A DNA stretch of 64,000 nucleotides from Petrotogaceae bacterium (GTDB lineage: Bacteria; Thermotogota; Thermotogae; Petrotogales; Kosmotogaceae), in contig CAXXLB010000002.1 in NCBI GenBank assembly GCA_963664675.2, positions 235,114 to 299,113 of the forward strand. Reading direction: 5' to 3'. Below the pieces are notes generated by a model. That model was not told the DNA's origin and did not search any database. It saw only the letters and a list, made by a program, of their open reading frames with translations. The translations under genes and the position numbers were made by a program. Within the stretch, counting starts at the first letter, position 1. Every line of letters starts with the position of its first letter. Shown piece by piece: positions 26,520 through 36,710 of the stretch.

Positions 26520-28218
26520 ATGAATAAATTTAGTGATATGGAATATATCAGACCGGACATGAATGTCCTTGGCTCATATATGCAAAATTTATTAGAAGAT
26601 TTTGAAGAAGCGGAGACTACAGTTGAACAGATAAAAATAATAGATAAGATGAATGAAGCGAGAGGACACATAGAAACCATGATGACGCTTTCTTCTGTAA
26701 GACATTCGATAGATACGATGGACAAGTTTTATGATGAAGAGAATAAGTTCTTTGATGAAAATTCTCCTAAGTTTCAGGATCTGGAGCATAAATTCTATTT
26801 TGCGTTGAATAATTCCAAATTTAAAAAAGAACTGAAAGGTCACTATGGTGATCATCTGTTCAATTTAATTGAAGTAAAACTGAAAACATTTGACCCAGCC
26901 GTCATGGAGGATTTGAAAGAAGAAAATCTCCTTGTGAGTGAATATGTTAAATTAACTTCTTCGGCTCAAATTGAGTATAAGGGAGAGAAGTACAATTTAT
27001 CTCAGATGACGCCTTTTTTGGAATCTAAGAACAGAGCGGAAAGGAAAGAGGCATATGAAATTTATATGAATTTCTTCAAAGAAAATGAGGGGAAATTTGA
27101 TGAAATATATGATAAATTGGTTAAAATCAGAGATAAAATTGCGAAAAAATTAGGATTTAAAAATTTTATTCAGTTAGCTTATTACAGATTGGAAAGAACC
27201 GATTATAATGCTGATGATGTGAAAAATTTCAGAGAACAGGTATTAAAGGATCTTGTTCCACTTGCGACAGGACTCAGAGAAAAACAGAGAAAAAGATTGG
27301 AACTTTCTGAATTAAAATATTATGATGAAAAAATAAATTTCAAAACGGGAAAATGCTACCCCAAAAGGAACATCCGAATGGATAATGGATAATGGTAAAA
27401 AAATGTATCACGAGTTATCCACAGAGACCGACGAATTTTTTAAATTCATGAACGATAATGAACTCCTTGATCTTCTGGCAAAAAAAGGGAAAGCTCCGGG
27501 AGGATACTGCACGTTTATATATGATTTCAAAGCTCCTTTCATATTTTCAAATTTTAATGGAACTGCCGGTGATATAGGGGTTTTAACACATGAAGCCGGA
27601 CATGCTTTTCAAATATTTTCCAGTAGAGACAAGAATGTTCCTGAATATTTGGCTCCAACTCTTGAAGCGTGTGAAATCCATTCGATGAGCATGGAATTTT
27701 TTACCTGGCCCTGGATGAAACTTTTTTTCAAAGATGAGGAACTTAAATACAAATATGCCCATTTAGCAGATGCGGTACTGTTCATTCCCTATGGCGTCAC
27801 TGTAGACGAATTTCAGCATTATGTCTATGAGAATCCGGAGGTTACGCCAGAGAAAAGAAAGGAAAAATGGAGGGAAATTGAAAAAAAATATTTGCCTCAT
27901 AGAGATTACGAAGATAATGATTTTCTCAACAGGGGAGGAATGTGGTTCAGACAGGGGCATATTTTTCAGGTTCCATTTTATTACATAGACTATACCCTTG
28001 CGCAGATCTGTGCTTTGCAGTTCTGGGTTAAGAATAATAAAAATCATGAAAACGCGTGGAAAGACTATTTAAAATTATGTAAAGAAGGAGGAGCGAAATC
28101 GTTCACGAAATTACTTCAAGTTGCCGGTTTAAAGAATCCTTTCAATGAAGGTTCCATAGTTGAAGTTTCAGATGAAGTCAGAAAGTGGTTGGAAAATGTG
28201 AATGATTTGGAATTATAA
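26520..28218 (+). pseudogene. pepF: oligoendopeptidase F-like M3 metallopeptidase, interrupted by a +1 frameshift
   Basis: Two adjacent ORFs (to 27392, and from 27385) form one M3B protein. HEAGHAF is in the second part. The frames overlap over 27337-27392, and an A4 run at 27350-27353 is the likely indel site. Confidence 0.7.
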
Positions 28219-28220
28219 TT

Positions 28221-29045
28221 GTGAATACCGATAAGATAATGGAACTCGCCTTACAGATGGCGGGTTTGAATTACATACCTGAAGATACGGAAATATATGT
28301 GAAAGGCAGTGAGATAAAGAAAATTCTTTTTGGAATTGATATAGATAATGCCACCCTGTTTTATGCGAAAAATAAAGGTTATGATCTCGTGATAGGACAT
28401 CATCCAACGGGGAGCAGAATAGGATTATCTGAAGTTTATAAGAGAAATATTGAAATGATGATCAATAATGGTGTATCCATTGAAGATGCCGAATCAGCGG
28501 TAAAAGAAAAGGCTTTGGCAATCGAATTTGGTAATCACAGCTCTAATTATGCCATTATTCCGGATTTTGCAAAGGCGGTAGAAATGCCGTATATGAATAT
28601 ACACATGCCGTGTGATGAAATTGGAAGAAAAATTATTCAAGACAAAATAGACGATGCATGTCTTATTGATAAAGAAATAAATCTGGAAAGATTGAATAAT
28701 ATGCTGAATGATATTTCCGAAATAAAAAATGCCAAAACTGATTCTGTGATCAGAATAGGAAATCCATTGTCCAAAGCCGGAAGAGTTATTTTTTCACATG
28801 GAAGAGGAACCAATGGTGGTGTTGAGATAGCGAAAGCCTATTATAAAGCAGGATTTGATACTGTTATTTATATACATATTTCCTATGTAGATTATTTGAA
28901 GCTTAAAAAAATAAACGAGGGAAACCTCATTATAACCGGTCACATCGCTTCGGATTCTGTGGGGATAAATCCTTTTATACAGGAACTTGAAAAAAGAGGT
29001 ATTGTTGTGGATACGATCAGCGGGATAATTAAAAACAAACGGTGA
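28221..29045 (+). CDS. hypothetical protein, possibly NIF3 (DUF34)-like metal-binding protein
   Basis: GYDLVIGHHP near the N-terminus and ITGHIASDS near the C-terminus recall NIF3 family metal ligands. This is a weak, memory-based call. Confidence 0.4.
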   Translation: MNTDKIMELALQMAGLNYIPEDTEIYVKGSEIKKILFGIDIDNATLFYAKNKGYDLVIGHHPTGSRIGLSEVYKRNIEMMINNGVSIEDAESAVKEKALAIEFGNHSSNYAIIPDFAKAVEMPYMNIHMPCDEIGRKIIQDKIDDACLIDKEINLERLNNMLNDISEIKNAKTDSVIRIGNPLSKAGRVIFSHGRGTNGGVEIAKAYYKAGFDTVIYIHISYVDYLKLKKINEGNLIITGHIASDSVGINPFIQELEKRGIVVDTISGIIKNKR

Positions 29046-29064
29046 TTTCACCGTTTGTTTTTTG
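29033..29064. terminator. hairpin terminator between convergent genes
   Basis: Perfect 12-bp stem AAACAAACGGTG / CACCGTTTGTTT, loop ATTT. It spans the stop codon of 28221-29045 and is T-rich 3' and A-rich 5'. Confidence 0.7.
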
Positions 29065-29114
29065 TTCTTAATAAAAAATTTTGAAATTTCTGAAATATAA
29101 ACTGTTCGATTTTT

Positions 29115-29981
29115 TTATTTGCTGTCATAATCTTTTTTATTCAATATGATATCCTGAATATCTGATATAGACTCATATGTAAATCTTCCAAAATTTCCTT
29201 CATTTAATTCCTTGAAAAAGTTTATAACTCCTCTTGAAATATCGTAAGTTCCGCTTTTTCCTAAAAAACGTTTTATGGAGCAATAATTTTCTACCAGCTT
29301 TTCATAGTCATTATCAAATATATTCTCTTCGCCAAAAATATGTTTTATTTTATCGAAAGAATACATGTTTATCAAAAGATCAATGACCAGTTTAAAACTT
29401 TCCATTAGATCCGTTTTGTCAACGGGAATAGAACCAACAGCCAGTAATTTAGCCAGAATACTTTTGTTGTAAACATTTTTATAAAGTATACCTGGGGTGT
29501 CAAGAATCATCAGTTCTTTATTGAGAGACAACCACTGGACTCCCCGCGTAACTCCGGGTCTGTTACCAACGGAAAGAGCCTTTTTTCCCTTCAGTCTGTT
29601 GATGAAAGTTGATTTTCCAACGTTAGGCATTCCAACGACCATTATTCTTTTTTCAATAAATTTACTTTTTATCAGAGGAGACACTTTTTTTATAAGAAAC
29701 GATTTTGCATCGGATTTTTTCAAATTAGCTTTTATTATTTTATCGGTTTTTTTGAAATATTTTACCCATTCCGATGTGAGTTTTTCGTCTGAAAGATCAA
29801 TTTTGTTCAGAATAATAATTTTTTGTTTGTCGCCGAATATTTTTTCGTACTCATAAGCTCTGCTTGTATAAGGAATTCGTGAATCCAAAATCTCTATTAT
29901 CGCATCTACACCTTTTAAATTTTTCCTTATTTGATTTTTCGCCTTTTCAATATGACCGGGGTACCACATAAAAATCACCAT
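29115..29981 (-). CDS. rbgA: ribosome biogenesis GTPase A (YlqF/RbgA)
   Basis: Circularly permuted GTPase order: NKIDL (G4), then GMPNVGKSTFIN (G1), then DTPGIL (G3). N-terminal WYPGHIEKA. Confidence 0.9.
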   Translation of the reverse strand: MVIFMWYPGHIEKAKNQIRKNLKGVDAIIEILDSRIPYTSRAYEYEKIFGDKQKIIILNKIDLSDEKLTSEWVKYFKKTDKIIKANLKKSDAKSFLIKKVSPLIKSKFIEKRIMVVGMPNVGKSTFINRLKGKKALSVGNRPGVTRGVQWLSLNKELMILDTPGILYKNVYNKSILAKLLAVGSIPVDKTDLMESFKLVIDLLINMYSFDKIKHIFGEENIFDNDYEKLVENYCSIKRFLGKSGTYDISRGVINFFKELNEGNFGRFTYESISDIQDIILNKKDYDSK

Positions 29982-30163
29982 TCCCTGTTATTAGGATAAT
30001 ATTCTATCATATAAAAGAGATAACTTTTTCGAATATGATATCAAAAAAGTTCGGATGACTTCTTAAAAAGATTTAAAACAAAGAAAATATTATTTAATTA
30101 CCATTATTTTGGGTAGATTAAATTTCTTGAGATCATAGGGGTCCTCTTGCGGGTTGATTTCTT

Positions 30164-30442
30164 GTGAAAAGAAAAGTATTTGTGAAAATTTTTGAAAATT
30201 ATTCGTATTTTTTGGGATTGTCTTTAAAAAATATAATTAACCTGTTTTCCCCGGATTACATTTTAATAGGAGGAGAAGCCATGGAATTTAAAGAATACTT
30301 TCTGGAAAGATCAATTGAGATAGCTAAAAAGAATTCATTTGGCAGACTCTCACTGAAAATAGTTTTTGATCAGGATAAATTAGGGGAAGATTCCTGGGTA
30401 CTTGGAGGAATATACAGGGTTATAGAATCTAATCTTTTTTAG
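30164..30442 (+). pseudogene. 5'-truncated ROK family gene remnant (C-terminal about 90 aa only)
   Basis: SLKNIINLFSPDYILIGGE matches the ROK C-terminal region. There is no N-terminal ATPase or HTH part and no room for one upstream (rbgA starts at 29981). Confidence 0.55.
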
Positions 30443-30459
30443 AGCAGGAGTTGATAGTT

Positions 30460-32736
30460 GTGATAGAAATTAATCATTTCCCATTTGGAATGAATGATCC
30501 TTATATAAAAATTAATGGATGCGAAAGAACTCCTAATGACCCGCTGGAAGGGGAAAATGTTTTAATAGAATTTTCTGTCAGTACAGGTGGTGCAGGAGAG
30601 CGTGCCTGGATCGAATTTCCGGATTCCGTAAAAAAAGATATCAGGGCACAGTTCCAGTATTCCAGAGATGGGAAAGCATATTGGCTGGCCACATTTGTTA
30701 ATGGGCAAGCGGGTGAGAAAATAAAATACAGGATATGCACCGGACAGGGAAAAAAGAGTGCAACTAAATCAGCAATATTTGAATACACCGTTAAAAAGTG
30801 GAAGGATATCGATATAAATTCTCTGGATAATTTGTTCAATTTCAACGGAGATTTTAAAAAGGAGTTGTTGAAACTTCAAGCGTTGACGGATGGTAAGAAT
30901 ATATTTTCTGTTAAATTGTCGCTTAAAAAAACTGAAGACGAATCATTTTATGGTTTTGGAGAACACTACGAATCATTGAAAGCAAGGGAAAATGACAAAC
31001 GTTACCTTTGGGTTTTCGATCAGTACAAAGTTCAAAGGAAAAGAGGATATGCACCCGTTCCATTTTTCTTTTCCAAAAAAGGAAGGGGTATATTCATAGA
31101 TACAGGTTATATGTTGGAAATAGAAATTGTGAATGACAGAGTGGATATACATATAAATACGCAGGGAGATATCTGGAAAAAAACGAACTTGCATTACTGG
31201 AATGAAAAGAATCCTGTCGATATTATTAAACGTATTCAGAGTATTTCGAACCCCTGTATTCCTCCGAGTTGGGCTTTCGGACCCTGGCTTTCAGCTAATG
31301 AGTGGAACTCTCAGGAAAAAATTGAAAGAGTTCTTAAAATCATCAAGGATTTGGATTTACCTTCTTCGGTTATTGTGATAGAAGCGTGGACAGATGAACA
31401 GACATATTATATCTTCAATGGTGCCGAATATGAGCCGGGAAATGGCGACAAGTTTTTCAAACTTGAAGATTTTAAATTTGAACATCCCTGGCCCGATCCG
31501 AAGGGAATGGTGGAAAAATTATCTTCAGAAGGAATCAAACTTGTTTTATGGAATATCCCTATTTTAAAAAAGGAAAAATTCGAAGAATGTGAACAGTTGA
31601 AAAATGATAAAAAATACGTTTCCGAAAAAAACTTTTCGGTAAAAAATGGTGAGAAAGATTTCGAGATTCCTGAAGGGCGCTGGTTTGAAGGAAGTTATGT
31701 GGTCGATTTTTTTAACGAAAAGGCTCGCGAATGGTGGATTGAAAAAAGAAAATATTTGGATGATTTAGGTATATCCGGATTTAAAACTGACGGGGGAGAA
31801 CATTTATATTTAAGAGGCACCAGAGGTAAGAATTTATCACAGGCAAAGATGAAAAATCTCTATCCGGAAAAATATTTTGAAAGTGCGAAGAAAATTTTAA
31901 ATGAAGACTCTCTCCTGTTCAGCAGATCCGGCTATACAAGATCGCCATCAAATTCTCTTTTCTGGGTTGGAGATGAAGATTCTAATTTTGATGCGCTAAG
32001 AGCGAATATAACAGCAGGACTGAATGTATCAATTTCCGGAAATCCTTTCTGGGGATGGGATATTGCGGGATTCAGTGGGGAACTTCCAAGTGTTGATCTA
32101 TATATAAGATCCCTTCAGATTGCGCTTTTCACGCCGATTTTTCAGTGGCACTCCGAGACCTCCGGCGATCCGGAACCATCTGCGGAAAGATCCCCCTGGA
32201 ACATAGAAAAGTATTGGAACAAAAGAGGGATTGTAGATTATTACAGAAAAATAGTTTCAATAAGAATGGCCATGATGCCTTATATTGAAAAAGAAGTTAA
32301 ATATGCCCTGGATAATAAGATTCCGTTGACCGTTCCCATAGAAATTATCACCGAAGAAAATGATGAAAATCTCGCGTATTTGTTTGGCAGAGACATATTG
32401 GTTGTTCCATTTGTAAGTGAAGAGATAAAGAGTGTGGAAATTCAATTTCCGGAAGGTGAATGGATAGATTTCAGGACGGGTGATATTTTTAGAGAAGGCG
32501 GGATAACGAAAGCCAGTTTAGAAAAATTCATACCGGTTTATCTGAGAAAAGGAGCATATATACCGATCAGTCTGCCAAAAAGTAAAAATATACTTGATAC
32601 TCAATGGCATCCTTATCACAATGCATGGTTACATTGTCGGATGCATGAAGGAAATATGGATGAGGGATTTGAAACCGGACATTTAACGAATGATTTAAAT
32701 GAATTAGGACTTTTAAAAGTGAAATGGAGAAATTAA
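30460..32736 (+). CDS. glycoside hydrolase family 31 protein (alpha-glucosidase/xylosidase-like)
   Basis: IEAWTDEQ, GFKTDGGE and WVGDEDSNF blocks are typical of GH31. The GTG at 30460 is 9 nt after AGGAG (the track start at 30451 abuts the SD). Confidence 0.75.
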   Translation: MIEINHFPFGMNDPYIKINGCERTPNDPLEGENVLIEFSVSTGGAGERAWIEFPDSVKKDIRAQFQYSRDGKAYWLATFVNGQAGEKIKYRICTGQGKKSATKSAIFEYTVKKWKDIDINSLDNLFNFNGDFKKELLKLQALTDGKNIFSVKLSLKKTEDESFYGFGEHYESLKARENDKRYLWVFDQYKVQRKRGYAPVPFFFSKKGRGIFIDTGYMLEIEIVNDRVDIHINTQGDIWKKTNLHYWNEKNPVDIIKRIQSISNPCIPPSWAFGPWLSANEWNSQEKIERVLKIIKDLDLPSSVIVIEAWTDEQTYYIFNGAEYEPGNGDKFFKLEDFKFEHPWPDPKGMVEKLSSEGIKLVLWNIPILKKEKFEECEQLKNDKKYVSEKNFSVKNGEKDFEIPEGRWFEGSYVVDFFNEKAREWWIEKRKYLDDLGISGFKTDGGEHLYLRGTRGKNLSQAKMKNLYPEKYFESAKKILNEDSLLFSRSGYTRSPSNSLFWVGDEDSNFDALRANITAGLNVSISGNPFWGWDIAGFSGELPSVDLYIRSLQIALFTPIFQWHSETSGDPEPSAERSPWNIEKYWNKRGIVDYYRKIVSIRMAMMPYIEKEVKYALDNKIPLTVPIEIITEENDENLAYLFGRDILVVPFVSEEIKSVEIQFPEGEWIDFRTGDIFREGGITKASLEKFIPVYLRKGAYIPISLPKSKNILDTQWHPYHNAWLHCRMHEGNMDEGFETGHLTNDLNELGLLKVKWRN

Positions 32737-32737
32737 A

Positions 32738-33766
32738 TTGAATTATTTAGACAAATCAGTGCAGATAATAAAAGAATTTCAAGATGAATCTGGGGCCTAT
32801 ATGGCTTCGCCCAATTTCAGTCAGTATAAATATTGTTGGTTCAGAGATGGAGCGTTTATAGCGGATGCTATGAACTCAGTGGGTGAAAAAGAATCGGCAT
32901 TCAGGTTCTTTGAATGGGGCTTGAAAGTTATACTCAATAATAAAGAAAAAATAGAAAAAATAATTTCAAAGAAATTGGAAGACATCGTTCTGGAAGATTT
33001 TCTTCCCACGAGATATCGAAAAGACGGGTCTTCCGATACGGGAAAGTGGACTGATGAACAGACGGATGGCTACGGAATATTTTTGTGGGCGTTTGAGAGA
33101 TTTTTGAACAGGGAAATGAACGAAAATGAAAAAAGTGGTATTGAATACATAACCGGATATCTTCAAAAAATATGGAAGTTGCCCTGCTATGATGTGTGGG
33201 AAGAGTCTTCTGACGATATTCATACTTCAACATTACTGTCGATAGCCGCAGGTTTGAAAGCTGCGGAAAAATTACTTGAAAGAAAAACAGGATGGGAAAG
33301 TGTTGTAAAATTTATAAAAGAAAATCACACCGAAAATAATAGATTAATAAAATCCTCCAGCAACTATGGTGTTGATGGTAGTCTTATCTGGTGTATTTCT
33401 CCCTTTGAACTTTTTACTTCTGAAAGCGATTTGACAAGAAACACATGTGAGAAAATATATAAAGATTTATGTATAGGAGGAGGAGTAAAAAGATATCTGG
33501 AAGACAGTTATTTTGGAGGGGGAAGCTGGATACTTCTTTCCTGTTATCTGGGAAAATATTATAAAGATATTGGAGATTACGAAAAATCAGAGTTTATTAT
33601 GAATTGGGTCGAAAAAAACTTCGATGAAAATGGATATTTAGCTGAACAAATACCTCAGAATTTACTGAGGCCCGAATCTTATAAACCCTGGGTGGAAAAA
33701 TGGGGAAAAATCGCCTCTCCTCTTTTATGGTCACACGCCGCATATATTTATTTTAAGAAATCATGA
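32738..33766 (+). CDS. glycoside hydrolase family 15 (glucoamylase-like catalytic domain)
   Basis: YCWFRDGAF, TDGYG, YDVWEE and LAEQ blocks. It begins 2 nt after the GH31 stop. Confidence 0.75.
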   Translation: MNYLDKSVQIIKEFQDESGAYMASPNFSQYKYCWFRDGAFIADAMNSVGEKESAFRFFEWGLKVILNNKEKIEKIISKKLEDIVLEDFLPTRYRKDGSSDTGKWTDEQTDGYGIFLWAFERFLNREMNENEKSGIEYITGYLQKIWKLPCYDVWEESSDDIHTSTLLSIAAGLKAAEKLLERKTGWESVVKFIKENHTENNRLIKSSSNYGVDGSLIWCISPFELFTSESDLTRNTCEKIYKDLCIGGGVKRYLEDSYFGGGSWILLSCYLGKYYKDIGDYEKSEFIMNWVEKNFDENGYLAEQIPQNLLRPESYKPWVEKWGKIASPLLWSHAAYIYFKKS

Positions 33767-34441
33767 AGTTTTCTTTCCCGGAGCTTTGTGCTTGAGAAAA
33801 AAAGCGATTAGAATATTTTTTTCACTGCTTTTATTACGTCTGATATGAATAAAAATGTTTTGTCGTATTTTTTCTATTTTACTTCTGAATTTTTGATAAC
33901 TTTTCTTTGAAAGTCACGGGTATTTTCAATATCCTTCACTTTGAAAAATTCTCTTTGATGGAAAAAAATGAAATAAAGATAGTTTATAGAATAGTGATAA
34001 GTGTATAAATCCACCTGAATTTTCAGTTATAATTGTGGAAGAAATGATTCACAGGCAGTCAATCGTTATAAAGAAAATATGAAAAATCTGTTGTTTCGGT
34101 TTTTCGGATAATCGATCAGGATATAAAATATTATAGAGAATAATCCCATAAAAAAAGAAGACCAGGATTCATATTAGAATAAATCCTAGTTTAAACTTAC
34201 ATAAGGGGGGTGTAAGGTTTAAGACGAACAAATATATTTGTTCTGAAAGGTTAAAAATAATTTTTTATAGACCTGATAGTTATACTTAACTATTTTTATC
34301 TGATATTATGACTGATATATGATAAAAAAGGTTCAAATTAAATGACGATATTTAAAATTATTTTAAAAATATGGTTAAAAGCTTATTGGAGGCGATATTA
34401 TTAAAGAAAACAAAAATATTCTTATCCCCATTTTCCTGATA

Positions 34442-35425
34442 TTGTTGATTATTATCACAGGAACGGTCGGATATTTATTAACCGAAGAATGGAATTTTTT
34501 TGATTCTTTCTTTATGACTATAATAACGATTTCCACTGTTGGGTACGGAACCCCCGATAATCTTTCCAATACCGGAAAAGTTTTTACAAGTGTTTTGATT
34601 CTTTTGAGTCTCACAGTAGTAGTATATGCATTTTCCAAGATTACGGCCTTTTTTGTTGAGGGTAATATGAATAGATATTTAAGGAGGAGAAAGCTTTTGA
34701 AAGAAATCGATAAGTTGAGAAATCATTATATTATTGTCGGTGGTGGAAACCTCGGCTTGAATGTATTGAGAGAACTGATAAAATACGGCAAGAAAGTGGT
34801 TATTATTGAAAATAATGATTCAAAAATAAACGAAATAAAGATTTTGTACAGTGAATATGATAATTTAACGATACTTGCAGGAAATGCAAAAAATGAGGAG
34901 ATACTTGAAGAGGCGAATATAAAAAATGCTGAAGGCTTGGTGGCAACTTTAAACAGCGATTCCGAAAATGTTTTTGTTGTTCTTACCGCAAGGAATTTGA
35001 ACAGGGATTTGAAAATAATATCCCTTGTGAATGATCACGTGAATTCGAAAAAACTTGAATTTGCAGGTGCGAACCGGACGATTCCTCTGGATGAAATCGG
35101 TGCAAATAGAATCAGGAATTTAATGCTTAACCCGGAAATAGTAGGATTTTTGGATTCTATTAATAAAACCGGTGATGTAGAAATAATGTTTGAACAGATA
35201 GATATTCCGGATTACTTTCCGGATAATTTAACACTTTCAGATTTAAAAATACCTCAGAAAGCAGGATTGATAGTCATAGCCATGTACAGAGAAGGAAAGA
35301 GTTTTTTTAATCCTTCTGCGAGTACCCGAGTTGATAACAAGTGTTCTCTTATGGTTTTGGGAAGCAGAGAGAAAATATCGAAGCTGAGAGATTTGATGAG
35401 TTCAAAGAAGATATTGGAAAACTAG
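34442..35425 (+). CDS. potassium channel with a C-terminal RCK/TrkA-N domain
   Basis: Selectivity filter TISTVGYGT, and the Rossmann motif IIVGGGNLG. The reading frame is open from 34379 and the first TM helix extends upstream of the TTG at 34442 (see finding). Confidence 0.85.
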   Translation: MLIIITGTVGYLLTEEWNFFDSFFMTIITISTVGYGTPDNLSNTGKVFTSVLILLSLTVVVYAFSKITAFFVEGNMNRYLRRRKLLKEIDKLRNHYIIVGGGNLGLNVLRELIKYGKKVVIIENNDSKINEIKILYSEYDNLTILAGNAKNEEILEEANIKNAEGLVATLNSDSENVFVVLTARNLNRDLKIISLVNDHVNSKKLEFAGANRTIPLDEIGANRIRNLMLNPEIVGFLDSINKTGDVEIMFEQIDIPDYFPDNLTLSDLKIPQKAGLIVIAMYREGKSFFNPSASTRVDNKCSLMVLGSREKISKLRDLMSSKKILEN

Positions 35426-35486
35426 AAAACCGCCGGATAGATAATGATTTAAATTTTGTTATAGATTGAAAAAATTGTATCATTGA

Positions 35487-36107
35487 ATGAAAAGTGAGGA
35501 AAGACCAGGAGATGATGCAATGAATTTTTATGATGGTTTTATGAAGGGATTTGAAGAAAGCTCTCTCAAAAGAGAAAGAAAGGAATTGATACAGAGGGCT
35601 CATGGAAATGTGCTTGAAATAGGTGCCGGAACGGGAGCTAATCTGAAATATTACGATTTTAAAAAAATAAAAACACTTGAATTAACCGATAGAGTGATAA
35701 AGAATTCCCTAGTTCAAAATCTGAAAAATTTGGAAGATAAAGAAAAAATAAGAACGAGAAATGTGGATGTGATCTCTCTTCCCTATCCGGATAAAGTTTT
35801 TGATACGGTTGTATTCACTCTTGTTTTTTGTTCAGTTGTCGATGTTTCAATGGGTATTCAGGAAGTAAAAAGGGTTTTAAAGGATGATGGAGAAGTTGTT
35901 TTTATTGAGCACGTTTTACCTGATAATATACCCCTGAAGTATATGTTTAATTTTATAAATCCCGCCTGGAAAATTATGGCAAACGGATGTAATTTGAATA
36001 GGAACTTCATACATTCCTTTGAGGAGGAGGAATTTAAAATAAAATGTTTAAACAAATTTGGAATAACAGTATTTATTTCAGGATGTGCAGTCAAAGCAAA
36101 AGTTTAG
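35487..36107 (+). CDS. class I SAM-dependent methyltransferase
   Basis: Motif I VLEIGAGTGANL and a post-I acidic residue pattern. The alternative ATG at 35520 has the better SD. Confidence 0.75.
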   Translation: MKSEERPGDDAMNFYDGFMKGFEESSLKRERKELIQRAHGNVLEIGAGTGANLKYYDFKKIKTLELTDRVIKNSLVQNLKNLEDKEKIRTRNVDVISLPYPDKVFDTVVFTLVFCSVVDVSMGIQEVKRVLKDDGEVVFIEHVLPDNIPLKYMFNFINPAWKIMANGCNLNRNFIHSFEEEEFKIKCLNKFGITVFISGCAVKAKV

Positions 36108-36655
36108 AGAATTAATTTTTTCCCGAGGGAATAAACCTCCTCAAGCGACTCCGCCTTTTCAGCAGGTCCTATTTCGGAACTTGTACCATAATGTTGAACA
36201 AAATCCATTTTCAAAAAATCCGCAAAATATTTGAATATATTTATCACATTAACAGCTCCCGAAAGTTTTTCATCTTTATCTCCGAATGTCATGAGTAAAA
36301 CGAGTTTCTTATTCACAGGGAATTTTTTGAAATTCAACGCGTACAATCTGTCGATAAAAATCTTCGTTTGTGCAGACATATTGAACCAGTAAATAGGGGT
36401 GGCAAAAATCAGAAGATCGGCATTCTCCACCTTTCCGTAATATTTTTGCATATCATCATTTATTTTACATTCTGCATCGTCACCTTTTTTACAGACATTA
36501 CAGGCTTTACATGGCTGTATTTTTTCCCCCTGTAAAAAAATCTTATCTACAGAAACATCTTTGTGATTTTCTTTTATTCCTTCCAAATATTTTTTCAAAA
36601 GTTCGGAAGTGTTTCCTTTTTTTCTCGGACTTCCGAGAATAGTCAATATATTCAT
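36104..36655 (-). CDS. flavodoxin-like / NAD(P)H-dependent FMN reductase family (iron-sulfur flavoprotein-like)
   Basis: MNILTILGSPRKKGNT FMN-binding N-terminus. Cys cluster CKACNVCKK...C. Confidence 0.7.
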   Translation of the reverse strand: MNILTILGSPRKKGNTSELLKKYLEGIKENHKDVSVDKIFLQGEKIQPCKACNVCKKGDDAECKINDDMQKYYGKVENADLLIFATPIYWFNMSAQTKIFIDRLYALNFKKFPVNKKLVLLMTFGDKDEKLSGAVNVINIFKYFADFLKMDFVQHYGTSSEIGPAEKAESLEEVYSLGKKLIL

Positions 36656-36710
36656 TTACTCGCCTCCAAAATATATGTATATATATCAATTATAATCCAT
36701 ATTGAGATAT

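Noticed and set aside
34226-34243. Perfect 18-bp palindrome GAACAAATATATTTGTTC upstream of the K+ channel, with a similar 17-mer at about 23246-23262.
   Set aside because: It could be an operator. However, it is AT-rich and short, and the two copies share only a 12-mer plus context. Chance occurrence in AT-rich intergenic DNA cannot be excluded without a genome-wide count.
33767-34378. A 600-bp gap after GH15, examined for a decayed gene, mobile-element end or RNA.
   Set aside because: Only fragments of 20 codons or fewer without an SD were found. There are no inverted terminal repeats and no recognisable RNA motif, so nothing can be supported.
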